Source: Terriglobia bacterium (GTDB lineage Bacteria; Acidobacteriota; Polarisedimenticolia; Polarisedimenticolales; JAIQFR01). Taken from it: DNA of 64,000 bases. A program made the translations under genes and the position numbers. This document shows, piece by piece, positions 10,211 through 19,399 of the stretch. The notes below the pieces were generated by a model. It was not told the origin of the DNA, did no database searches, and saw nothing but the letters and a program-made list of their open reading frames with translations. Numbering within the stretch: position 1 is the first letter of the stretch; each line of letters begins with the position of its first letter. The stretch lies in contig CAVVHE010000005.1 of the NCBI GenBank assembly GCA_963748015.1, positions 480,001-544,000 on the forward strand, read 5' to 3'.

Positions 10211-12076
10211 TCACGCCGGCCCACGCTCGCCGAGCACCTCGTACACCTTGAATTTCCGACCGCTGCCCACCAGCTTGAAGGCCTCTGGGTACGCGTCGAG
10301 CATCTTGTCGAAACACACCTGGTCGGAAGGCTGGTAGTAGGACTGAGCCCGCTGAACGACGAGGACATGGCTCACTTGACGCTTGCGGATTCCCTCCAGC
10401 AGCACGGCAGGCCTCGAGATCGGCGGGAACCAGAAGACGCGCCGGTGCGCGTGGTAGTAGACGATCGCGTAGTGGCTCGCCAGCACGATCGCGCCCGGCG
10501 GCGTGTGAGCCGCGATCCACTTGGCCCCTTCGACGTCGGGTGGGCTGATCTCGTCGGCGGTGAGATGCAGGTTGTGCCACCCCTCCTTGACCTCCTGCGA
10601 AAGGCCGACCGCGACGAGGAAGAGCGCCAGAACGAATCCCACCGCCGCTAGGCGGGGGCGGGTACGATCGAGCCAGTGCTGCAGCTTGTCGGGTCTCTCG
10701 GCGGTGAAGGGAAGACGCCCGCTCCACGCGATCCACGCCGAAACGACGGTGGCGACCGACCAGAACAGCGCCGAAAGATCCGCCTGCATGCGGCCGCTGG
10801 CGACGTCTGCGCTCCGGAGCCCGAAGGCACAGAGAGCGGAGTGGATTCCGAGCGGAACCGCGAGGGCGAGCGTGCAGATGGCCCCCCATCGGGGTCTCCT
10901 CGCGAACAACCTGCGGACCGCCTGCGCCCCGCGCCAGACGTAGACGAGAGCGAACGGGGTCGTCGGCATCAGGAAACGAAACTCGAACGCCCACGACCAC
11001 AGGAGGAACGCCGCCTCGGCACCAAGGAAGTACCAGTCCATGAGACGGCCGCCGGTTCGCCACAACGAGTAGGCCACGCCGATCAGCGCCAAGACGATGA
11101 TCCCGGCGATCGCGGGCGATGACCACAGCGAGTCGATCCAATGGTGGGCCAGGATCTCGCTCACTCCCTCGGCGCCGTCGCGGAGATTGCGTCCCACGCG
11201 AAAGAGCCAGTCGCCGGCGGAGGCTCTTCCCAGCTCGGGGAAGTTGCCGAGCTTCAGGGTCATCTGGGACAGGTAGGACGCGGGATAACCCGGTAGCGGC
11301 CAATCCGACGACGTGGGAGCAAGGTGCATCCACCAGCCTTGGCAGCCAACGCCGACGATGAATACGGGAACGAAGGTCCGGAGGCGCGTCGCGGCGCGCG
11401 GGCGGTCGAGGACGAACGACGCCGCCATCCAGGCCGCCAGGCCGATCACGAGGGCGATGCCTCTCGACTCGATCATGAGGGCGGCGAGCACGAGGAGCGT
11501 CGTGAGAAACGCCCAAAGCGCCCGGGGAAGCCGCCGGGACGAGCGGTCCGCGGTTCTCGCGAAGAGCAGTGCGGCCGACGCCGCAAGGATGTAGGGATAG
11601 CAGGGGACGACAACCTCAGCGGCATAGAAGAAGAACCACTCGGAAGAGGCGAGAAGCAGGCAAACGGCCGCCGCCAGCGGGCGACTCTCCTCGCGCTTCA
11701 GCAGTTCGTACGTGACAATCAGGCCAGCCGTCCCGAAGACGGCCATGGCGCCGAGCAGGATCGAATAGCTACTGCCGAACAGCGCGGAGATCGCCGCGAT
11801 GATGACGGGCAGGCCGGGGGGCTGCACGAGTTCCGGGTTGCCGTCGAATCCGTGAAGTCCGTGCCGCAGCATCGACATGCCGCGCTCGGCGTATCCGTAG
11901 TCGTCGCAGTAGAAGTCGGACCTGCGGTGCAACAAGACCGCCAGCGTTCCGAATCCCAGGATCAACGTGTAGACCAAGAAGTCCAGTCTTCGGCCGGTCC
12001 ACCCGCCCTGCCTAGATTCCGCGGAAGCCCGCTCCCACCGAAGACGGCCTAGCAGGATTCGGAGCTTGGAGAGCAT
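10211..12076 (-). CDS. Polytopic membrane glycosyltransferase of GT-C type (ArnT/PMT-like)
   Basis: Start MLSKLR at 12076 with AAGGA RBS; DD-Y loop motif, PPGLP, about 12 hydrophobic segments, and C-terminal WIAAHTPPGAIV domain. Confidence 0.65.
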   Translation of the reverse strand: MLSKLRILLGRLRWERASAESRQGGWTGRRLDFLVYTLILGFGTLAVLLHRRSDFYCDDYGYAERGMSMLRHGLHGFDGNPELVQPPGLPVIIAAISALFGSSYSILLGAMAVFGTAGLIVTYELLKREESRPLAAAVCLLLASSEWFFFYAAEVVVPCYPYILAASAALLFARTADRSSRRLPRALWAFLTTLLVLAALMIESRGIALVIGLAAWMAASFVLDRPRAATRLRTFVPVFIVGVGCQGWWMHLAPTSSDWPLPGYPASYLSQMTLKLGNFPELGRASAGDWLFRVGRNLRDGAEGVSEILAHHWIDSLWSSPAIAGIIVLALIGVAYSLWRTGGRLMDWYFLGAEAAFLLWSWAFEFRFLMPTTPFALVYVWRGAQAVRRLFARRPRWGAICTLALAVPLGIHSALCAFGLRSADVASGRMQADLSALFWSVATVVSAWIAWSGRLPFTAERPDKLQHWLDRTRPRLAAVGFVLALFLVAVGLSQEVKEGWHNLHLTADEISPPDVEGAKWIAAHTPPGAIVLASHYAIVYYHAHRRVFWFPPISRPAVLLEGIRKRQVSHVLVVQRAQSYYQPSDQVCFDKMLDAYPEAFKLVGSGRKFKVYEVLGERGPA

Positions 12077-12323
12077 CGGATTCTCCTTCCGACACGTCTC
12101 GATCACTCCCGTCGGAGTACGCGCCGAGGCGCCCCGCGCGCGCGCCAGCACGGACAGCCTCGGGCCGGCCCGCCCCCCCAGGGCGCGTGCCACGATGCCG
12201 ATGATTGTAACCCCACGTTCTTCCTGGGGGTCAACTCGCGTCCGGTGCCGTCCGGGATGGAACCCGCCGTCTCAGGTGCATCCGCCCCCTCGACGAGCGC
12301 ATTACGAAGCTTCGCACTTCGCG

Positions 12324-13592
12324 TCAGTCTCCGTCTTTCTCAAGCCAAGCGCCGCGCCAGAACAACGGCTCGTACTGGGCGTTGAACTCTTGTCGCTCCC
12401 CCGAGAAGTGTACGTCGCGCAGAATGTAGGCTGCCGTCTTCATTGTCCGCAGTTCACCTGTGACGATATCGATGAGCTTCTTGACCTCGGATTCGACGCG
12501 ATATCGACGACCACAGTGCTTCAACATATCCAGCTCGAACCCCAGTCCTCGGTGAACAAGCTGGCCGTTGAGCGTCGCCCGAATCTCGGCGGACGACCTG
12601 ACGACGACTCGATCACCCGCCTCCACACGAGCCTCGTCGCGTGTTCCAGCAGCAGGCACGGCAACCCCAAACTCAGGGAAACCGACTCCTTGACGCAGGT
12701 GCTGCAGCTCGTTGAAGAGGTTCGTCAGCCATCCGACGATGAACGCGGCCGGTGCCACATTCCCAGCGACGAGCGGCCGCACGAAATTGATCGCGCTCCA
12801 ATCCCCGATCGGCCGCGACGCCGCGTGAAGCTGTGTCAGCTGACAGGCGTAGTGAGGCCCTTGGGTGCCGAACTGCAGAACGGACGCGTCCTTCAGCGGA
12901 TCTGACAGATCGGACGATACCGGCGCCCCTGCGGTGTCGTTAATCCGATCGATTCTTCGAATCCAGGCCGACTTCCAAATCGTATGACACGCAGCCTCAC
13001 AACTTCCGTGATCCGAACCGCCGCACATCATCCCGACCAACAATACGGCGCCATCCATGTGCCGCATGCGGCGAGTTTTCCTGTAGTCGAACAGTCGATG
13101 CATGCACCGGAATACGTGCGCGCGCTGGCCGCACATCGGGAGCATCTCTCGCATGAAAGGCAATTGCTCCAGACACCCGCGTTCATCAAGCGTTGCGCGT
13201 ACTTCGGCCCATGGCTTGATCTCAACCAGGTCTCCTACGACGAAGTCATGTCCCAACACGCGCCGCGCAAGCCAGCGACGCGTGCGACTTACGTGCACGG
13301 CTGCTGCTGCCGTGATTGCTTCAGGTTCGCGGGAACGGTTCAGGTCGAGAAAGAGATCCCGCTCGCCACGTGCGGCACGTTTGTGCCGGACGATCACGAC
13401 CGCACCCGCACACGCAAGAGTGGCGGACCCGAGCGCGACGAGCACGCTCAGGGTGGCGACGACGGCCCCGAGGATCCTCGGAAGCCCATGGTGCGCAAGG
13501 AGAGCGAACAGCAGCGCCACTAGAACGAGCGCCAGACACGCGACCGTCGTCTTTGCGTAGCTGCGGAGTACGAGGTTGGAATGACAGCTCAC
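12324..13592 (-). CDS. Hypothetical protein: N-terminal TM helices plus two internally repeated SH3-like, Cys-containing domains
   Basis: Repeats GDLVEIKPWAEVRATLD...FMREMLPMCG and GDRVVVRSSAEIRATLN...FELDMLKHCG; start uncertain. Confidence 0.7.
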   Translation of the reverse strand: MSCHSNLVLRSYAKTTVACLALVLVALLFALLAHHGLPRILGAVVATLSVLVALGSATLACAGAVVIVRHKRAARGERDLFLDLNRSREPEAITAAAAVHVSRTRRWLARRVLGHDFVVGDLVEIKPWAEVRATLDERGCLEQLPFMREMLPMCGQRAHVFRCMHRLFDYRKTRRMRHMDGAVLLVGMMCGGSDHGSCEAACHTIWKSAWIRRIDRINDTAGAPVSSDLSDPLKDASVLQFGTQGPHYACQLTQLHAASRPIGDWSAINFVRPLVAGNVAPAAFIVGWLTNLFNELQHLRQGVGFPEFGVAVPAAGTRDEARVEAGDRVVVRSSAEIRATLNGQLVHRGLGFELDMLKHCGRRYRVESEVKKLIDIVTGELRTMKTAAYILRDVHFSGERQEFNAQYEPLFWRGAWLEKDGD

Positions 13593-13783
13593 GATTCCAG
13601 CGAGTCAGCACGGTGGCTGTGAAACAATGTCCATTCATCACGATCGTTCGCGCTCACGTCCTTTCCCGCTCCTGTGAGTCGTCGCAGGAAGGCAGCCCGA
13701 TCGACGATTCGCGTCCGGTCGACTTCGATTTCACGCAACTTCCAGCGATCGCGCCGCAAAGGTCCAACATCCACCGTTCTGGC

Positions 13784-14112
13784 GGCATGGGTATCGTACC
13801 GGCCCAATCCGTGCCAACAGAAGCGATCGAGGGCGCGACTCAGCCTCTCGCTCGGCCGCTTCTCGAACCACGCGACCCGCGAACGCGAGTGTCCGGCGAA
13901 CCGATGGCCCGCGACGATCCTCTTGCGCTCCTTGCGAGCGGCGACGCCGGCGAGCCACTCGCCGGGAAGCTCCCGCCCGAACATGCCGCTGATACCGAGC
14001 GGAACGCTTGGGGGAGAAGCAGTCCCCTTCTCGTGCGGGGTGCGGGCATGTCTGGCGGTGAGTCTCCTGCTGAGGGAGTACTTTGGACTTATCATAGCCG
14101 AGCTTGCGAATT
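13784..14112 (-). pseudogene. Decayed 3' fragment of an FkbM-type methyltransferase paralogous to 26879..27725
   Basis: Two frames give LGYDKSKVLPQQ..CPHPAREG and SGMFGRELPGEW...GLGRYDTHA. Manual ungapped alignment gives 37/69 identities to the C-terminus of the 26.9-27.7 kb gene. No catalytic N-terminus. Confidence 0.8.
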
Positions 14113-14158
14113 AGCACGACGGCTCATTCACGCGTCTCGCGCCGTCCAAGGCAAGTCT

Positions 14159-15064
14159 TTAGATCGTGTACTCGTCGGAAAGGCCGAGCGCGCGCCGCGC
14201 CGCCTGTGTGACATCACGAACCAGCGAGCTTCTTTCCCATAGCGTGGCGCGCGCGAGGAACTTCCCAATTCGCAAGCGATCGCCCGTTGACAGCGGGCAC
14301 GCGAGCAAGACTCGCATGCGCTCGTACGCCCAAGTCCAGTGCGGGAAGTTCAAGCCGGCCTTGGCGGTCGGCTCCACCCACTTCCTCATTTCTTTCGCTG
14401 TCTTTACACGCGATATCGAGCCGGGATGAAATCGCCTGAGCAGAACCGGTCCTACCGGTTGGACCACCTGGCCTCGCAGCGCCAGTTCCCAAAGAAAGAC
14501 CGGGTCCCAACCGGGATAGTTGGGCCCCGTTCGCATGAGCCGCAGCGTTGACGCACGCAACAAGCCGTACGCGATCACATGCTGATAGTTCGCCAATAGG
14601 ACGGCGTGCGCGCGCTCAAACGCGTCGGAAGATTGCAAGTCAAGGGTCCTAGGCGCGGAACCGATGATTTCACCCTGCTCGTCGATGTTCTTCGTGTCGG
14701 GCACGACCGCTTCGACTTCGGGCCGGGTGTCCAACACCGTTACCATCGCCAGCAGCAATTCGGGCTCCATGATGTCGTCGGCCCCAGCCCAACGGAAATA
14801 CTGCTTTGGACTCTCGATCGCATCGAGCACCCGTCGATGGTTCCAGAGAATTCCTCGATTCTCATCGGATCGCAGGTACTTGACCCGCTTGTCCTTGCTC
14901 GCGTAGACGGCGCAGATTTCGGGGGTCGCGTCTGTCGAACCATTGTCCGAAATCACCAGATCGAAATCGCCGAAGGACTGGGCCAAATGACTTTCGATCG
15001 CGGCGCCGAGATACTTCTGGCCGTTATACACTGGAAGGCCAATGATCACTTTGCGTTCATTCAT
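14159..15064 (-). CDS. Family 2 glycosyltransferase
   Basis: GLPVYNGQKYL, ISDNGSTD and WAGADD motifs. Confidence 0.9.
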   Translation of the reverse strand: MNERKVIIGLPVYNGQKYLGAAIESHLAQSFGDFDLVISDNGSTDATPEICAVYASKDKRVKYLRSDENRGILWNHRRVLDAIESPKQYFRWAGADDIMEPELLLAMVTVLDTRPEVEAVVPDTKNIDEQGEIIGSAPRTLDLQSSDAFERAHAVLLANYQHVIAYGLLRASTLRLMRTGPNYPGWDPVFLWELALRGQVVQPVGPVLLRRFHPGSISRVKTAKEMRKWVEPTAKAGLNFPHWTWAYERMRVLLACPLSTGDRLRIGKFLARATLWERSSLVRDVTQAARRALGLSDEYTI

Positions 15065-15076
15065 CGAGTTGCTCGT

Positions 15077-15847
15077 CTACCGGTTTCCCGCCTCGAAGGT
15101 TTTCCAACCGTAGCTCGACGAGGTGACACCGCCCCTATCGGTAGGCCAGAATCCCACCCCGGGTTGTCCATCGGTCCATGTCGAATTGGATGGGCCGGTG
15201 AGCACGAGCGAGCCATTCCTGTATACCTTGATGACGCTGCCGATGATCTCGACCCGCAGCACATCGCCGTCGACCGCCGGTGCAATCGTGGTACTGGCAA
15301 GGGACGTGTAGTCCCCGAGCGGGCCGTTCCAGCGGATAATCGCGATTTCGCCGTTCGTCTGACCGCCCCCTCCCCACAGCACTTCGTAGCCGCGCGCGTT
15401 GTGCGCGGTGATCTTGAATCGGAGCAGAAGCTCGATCTCGTGGCTCCCGCTTGGCGCGTAGCCTGCCGCGCGGTACACGGTCCCCTGTGCGTACTGGTCG
15501 GCTGCGAACGTGGTGTTCAGGACCGCGATGTCGTCGTTGTAGCTGCTGACGATCACCGCCCCGTAGGCTCTGCCGGGTATCGTCTGCACGTTGTTCCAGT
15601 CGAGTCCGACCGTCTTGCCGTTGATCCAATTCCCACCCTCGGAGATCGGATTCTCCGCGAGCGGGAAACCCGTGCCATAGAAATCATGGGAATTGCCGTC
15701 CGGGAGGCTTAGGATTCTGACATTCCTGGGGGCTTCCGGGGTCTGCGAAATCGCTGGTGATCCGGAACCCAAGGCAATTGTCAGGAGCAAAACGGATCTG
15801 GTAATGCAGTTTGCCAGATACCGGTGTGTGGGTTGGGGAGAATTCAT
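15077..15847 (-). CDS. Secreted beta-sandwich (ConA/laminin-G-like) hypothetical protein; mature N-terminus carries PEAPRNVRIL
   Basis: ATG 15847 with AGGAG RBS; signal-peptide-like SVLLLTIALGSGSPAIS; beta-rich body with GDVLRVEIIGSVIKVYRNG and GQPGVG. Confidence 0.75.
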   Translation of the reverse strand: MNSPQPTHRYLANCITRSVLLLTIALGSGSPAISQTPEAPRNVRILSLPDGNSHDFYGTGFPLAENPISEGGNWINGKTVGLDWNNVQTIPGRAYGAVIVSSYNDDIAVLNTTFAADQYAQGTVYRAAGYAPSGSHEIELLLRFKITAHNARGYEVLWGGGGQTNGEIAIIRWNGPLGDYTSLASTTIAPAVDGDVLRVEIIGSVIKVYRNGSLVLTGPSNSTWTDGQPGVGFWPTDRGGVTSSSYGWKTFEAGNR

Positions 15848-16409
15848 GATCTCCACTCCTCTGCGGAAACGGGATTCTCATTCGGCATGGAATTCGTTCT
15901 CTATGATGTCGCGTATGTGTAACCGATCCTCCCGGCAAAATGAGACATGTTGCAGCACAGGACGAGGAACTCGACCTCCGAGAGCGCATATAGTGGGAAT
16001 CCCGTGCCAGCGGAGCGAGAGCTCTGTGGGGTCGCCTCCCGCGAGGAGCGCAGGCAACTCACCCGCGCCGCAGGAGTTCGCCGCACGGTGATCCGCGCCG
16101 ACATACCTCGACCCCTCGAAAGCCCCACCACCCCGGGAGACCAGCCCTCGGCTAGAATGGACCATCGATTGTTAATATATGGCCGGCCTAGGTGAAAAGC
16201 CAGGACGACCTGGGGGGCTTCCTTGACGCCCCGAGCAACGTGACGGGCAACGGGAGATTTTGCTCCCTGCCTGATGGTTTCCGGATCGAGGCGGAACCTG
16301 TTGCAAAACCGATTTGTGGCTGGGCCGCATTGGGACGGCGCCGCGAGAGTGCTTTTGTCGCACGGGAGTTCCGATTCGGCCGCGAACGGTCGAGCGGGAG
16401 GGTACCGGC

Positions 16410-17783
16410 CTAGACGAGCAGGCGACGGGGAGAGTTTTGCTGCAAACTTTCGACGTGCCCCGTCAAGCGGGTCGGGCGAGCGTGCGGAAAGTCGCGTGGG
16501 GCATCGCCGGCCACGGGAATCGGGGCCCCGTTCGCCGCGCCCGGGCCGTCCGCGGCGATCCCGAGGGAAGCGGCGATTCGGTCGGCCACGATCTCGACGC
16601 TCGCCTGCCAGTCATGCCTCCTCGCTTCCTCTCGACGGGCTCTGCGCGCTTCGGGGTCGAGGCCGGCCGGCCCGAGGAGCTTTGAGATCGCGGCCGACCA
16701 CTCGTCGCATGTCGTGGCCACCTCGACGAGGTGGCAGACGCCGTCGATCGCCGGAATCGGCGAGCTGACCACCGGCCGGCCGCTCGCGAGGTACTCGTAG
16801 AGCTTGAGCGGGTCGATGTACTTGGTGTAGTCATCGACCCGGTACGGCATGAGACAGACGTCGAAGTGTTGAGGATACGCGGGCAGGTTCGCGACGTTTC
16901 TCGCGCCGAGGAACGTCACGTTGGGCAGCGCCGCCATCCGCCGGAGGGGCTCCTCGATCGCGGCGTGAGGGCTTCGTTTCCCGACGAAGACGAAGTTCCA
17001 CGAGGGGTGTCGCTCGGGCAACTGGGCGAGGATCTGCCAGTCCAGCTGCTTCTTGATGAATCCGATGTATCCGATCCTCGGTCGGGGGACGGCGGCCAGG
17101 TCGGGGGGCTCGGGTTCTTCCCGGGAGAAAGCCTCGTAGTTCACGCCGTTGCGGCAGAGGAACGAGTTCGGGTTGAGCGGCCCCTTCTTCTCGAACATCG
17201 TCGGCGAGCTGATGAACACGTGGTCCACGGAGCGGATGAGCCGCGCTTCCGACTCATCGATGGGGACCTCGACCGGCGAGAACGAGAACTCGTCATCGAT
17301 GTGGTAACAGCTTGCGTCGTAGTCCGTCCGCGATAGCGCGTAGGCGTATTGCGGCCTCCACAAGTAGAGCACGATCTTGCGGCAGCCCTGGCGCAAGAGT
17401 ATCCGCCTCGCCTGGCGGATCCGCGCCGACGCGAGGGCCGCGCCGAGCCAGGCGGGCCGGTGCACCTTCGGAAGCAGGAGCCCGGGCTTGTACACCGAGA
17501 AGCCGGCGGGAAGGTTCTCTCGAGTTTCGTCGGGACGCAACGCCTCCTTCGCCAGCGACCAGGAATCCCGCCAACCGTGCGCGGGATTCACCCAGACCAC
17601 TCGGAAGTGACTCGCGAGACGAGTGAGCACCTGGTGCGGGACCTGCCAGTACGGCGTCCATTCATGCCCGACCAGAGCGATGACCCCGACCTCGGGATGG
17701 GTGAGTTCGATCCGGCTCAAGGATGAACCTCGAAACGTCGCGCGCAGAGGATCGGCGCCACGATCGTCCTGATGCGCACCCAC
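16410..17783 (-). CDS. GT-B glycosyltransferase (TuaH-like); start uncertain
   Basis: YHIDDE, NGVNY, IGYIG, FLGAR, and FDVCLMPY...PLKLYEYLASGRPVVS. Confidence 0.85.
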   Translation of the reverse strand: MGAHQDDRGADPLRATFRGSSLSRIELTHPEVGVIALVGHEWTPYWQVPHQVLTRLASHFRVVWVNPAHGWRDSWSLAKEALRPDETRENLPAGFSVYKPGLLLPKVHRPAWLGAALASARIRQARRILLRQGCRKIVLYLWRPQYAYALSRTDYDASCYHIDDEFSFSPVEVPIDESEARLIRSVDHVFISSPTMFEKKGPLNPNSFLCRNGVNYEAFSREEPEPPDLAAVPRPRIGYIGFIKKQLDWQILAQLPERHPSWNFVFVGKRSPHAAIEEPLRRMAALPNVTFLGARNVANLPAYPQHFDVCLMPYRVDDYTKYIDPLKLYEYLASGRPVVSSPIPAIDGVCHLVEVATTCDEWSAAISKLLGPAGLDPEARRARREEARRHDWQASVEIVADRIAASLGIAADGPGAANGAPIPVAGDAPRDFPHARPTRLTGHVESLQQNSPRRLLV

Positions 17784-18220
17784 CCGCGAGTTAGGCGCAC
17801 GCTCATCAATCCGACTCCAACACAGGTCACCCGGGTCCCGCTCGCGGCCACAGACCCCAATTCTCCGTCCTCGTCTACCACCGCCAGGTCCTAGGGGTTC
17901 CGTGGCCCGCCGCCCCCGGGATCGCCAATGCTCCCCCCTTGCCCGGGACTAGGCGGGCCGGAACCCATTCATAACATAGTGACTGGAAGGCTAATAGCCC
18001 ACCCCTACCCTGTCACGGAGAAATCGGCGGTCCGAGCGAGGGCTGGCCGGGACGATCCATGGTTCGGCGGCGTTGCAAGGCGCCGGTGATCTCGGCCTAT
18101 GATGACACTCGCGCGCCACCAAACGCTCGAGCCATTGCGCTTCCGGCTCCATCCCCGCTGGAGGGATGGGACGGCGCGGAGATTGAATCGATGGACTTCC
18201 GGATCAAACCGACCGAGAGG

Positions 18221-18376
18221 GGTTTCGTGGTCCCCCGGGAGGGAGAAACGGTGGACCCGGAACGACTCGTGTCCTTCTGCGACAAGAGGCTCCCCCCCTA
18301 TATGCTACCCAAGAAGGTCGAGGTCCTCGACGCGCTACCGAAGACGCCGAGCGGAAAAGTGGACTGTCCGGCGTAG
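18221..18376 (+). pseudogene. Orphan C-terminal fragment of an adenylate-forming enzyme
   Basis: FVVPREG...FCDKRLPPYMLPKKVEVLDALPKTPSGKVD (A10 motif) with no upstream catalytic domain in frame. Confidence 0.75.
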
Positions 18377-18511
18377 CGGCGTCGTGAAGGCCTCGCGTGA
18401 CGATTTCCCGGGCGGGGTTTCGTCGAAGGTCGTAAGATTTCAGGAGCTTGCGATGATGCGAGACTCCGCGGACGATAGAGCTTCGCGCCCGCGGGTCACC
18501 AGGTGGGGAGG

Positions 18512-19399
18512 ATGCTCGGCGAAATGTTGAAGAGGTTCCTGACTCCGAAACGCAAGGTCCTGATCAAGGAGGCGTTGCGGACCGCGGAAAAGTCGTTCGC
18601 CGACCTCCTGTTCCGTTATGGGCCGGCGGATCTGGCGGATGCTTTGGCCGGACTCGGCGTCCGCCGGGGAGACACGCTCCTCGTGCACAGCTCGATCCGA
18701 CAGACCAGCGGCTTCACCGGGAATCCCCAAGACGTTATCGGCTGCCTCCTCGAGGCGGTGGGCGCGGAAGGCAACCTGCTGATGGTCTCGTTGCCGTTTC
18801 GTACTTCTGCTTACGAATACCTCCGCGAGGATCCGCTCTTCGACGTGCGACGGACGATGTCCCAAATGGGCATAATCTCGGAGATCTTCCGGCGAAGGAG
18901 CGGCGTGCGCCGGAGTCTGCACCCCACGCATCCCGTTCTCGCCTTCGGCAAGGACGCGGACTGGCTGGTCCGGGATCACGAGAAGTCCACCGTCCCGTGC
19001 GGCGTGGACACCCCCTTCGGGAAGTTCCGGCAGCTGGGGGGAAAGGTGCTTTTCTTCGACGTGCCGTTCGACACGTTCACCTTCATCCACCACATCGAGG
19101 ATTTGCTCGAGGGTTCCCTTCCGTTCCCGGTCTACCGGGACGAGCCGATCCCGGCCCGGGTGGTGGACGACCGTGGGATGACGCTGGTGGTGCCGACGCG
19201 CGTCTTCAGCGAAAAGGCCGTGACCACGAGGAACCCTTCGGTGCTCGAGAGTCGTCTGCGAAAGAAGAAGCTCCTTGGGCACGCGAAGGTCGGCCGGACC
19301 AGACTGATGCTCGTGAAGAGCGAGGACGCGGCCCGGGAAGCCCTGGAGATGGCAGCACAAGGAACTTTCTTTTATCGATCCGAGGAAGGGCGGCGATGA
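18512..19399 (+). CDS. AAC(3)/YokD (Antibiotic_NAT) family N-acyltransferase
   Basis: GDTLLVHSS, SQMGIISE.FR, RSLHPTH and TFIHHIE motifs; start approximate. Confidence 0.85.
   Translation: MLGEMLKRFLTPKRKVLIKEALRTAEKSFADLLFRYGPADLADALAGLGVRRGDTLLVHSSIRQTSGFTGNPQDVIGCLLEAVGAEGNLLMVSLPFRTSAYEYLREDPLFDVRRTMSQMGIISEIFRRRSGVRRSLHPTHPVLAFGKDADWLVRDHEKSTVPCGVDTPFGKFRQLGGKVLFFDVPFDTFTFIHHIEDLLEGSLPFPVYRDEPIPARVVDDRGMTLVVPTRVFSEKAVTTRNPSVLESRLRKKKLLGHAKVGRTRLMLVKSEDAAREALEMAAQGTFFYRSEEGRR

Noticed and set aside
16296..16446. Possible MITE/IS ends (CTGTTGCAAAAC ... GTTTTGCTGCAA)
   Set aside because: Only a 7-bp perfect inverted match, no target duplication seen, and the right copy overlaps a gene end.
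18512..19399. Aminoglycoside resistance gene
   Set aside because: AAC(3)-family fold only. It is embedded in a biosynthetic operon with an ACP, so a resistance role is unsupported.
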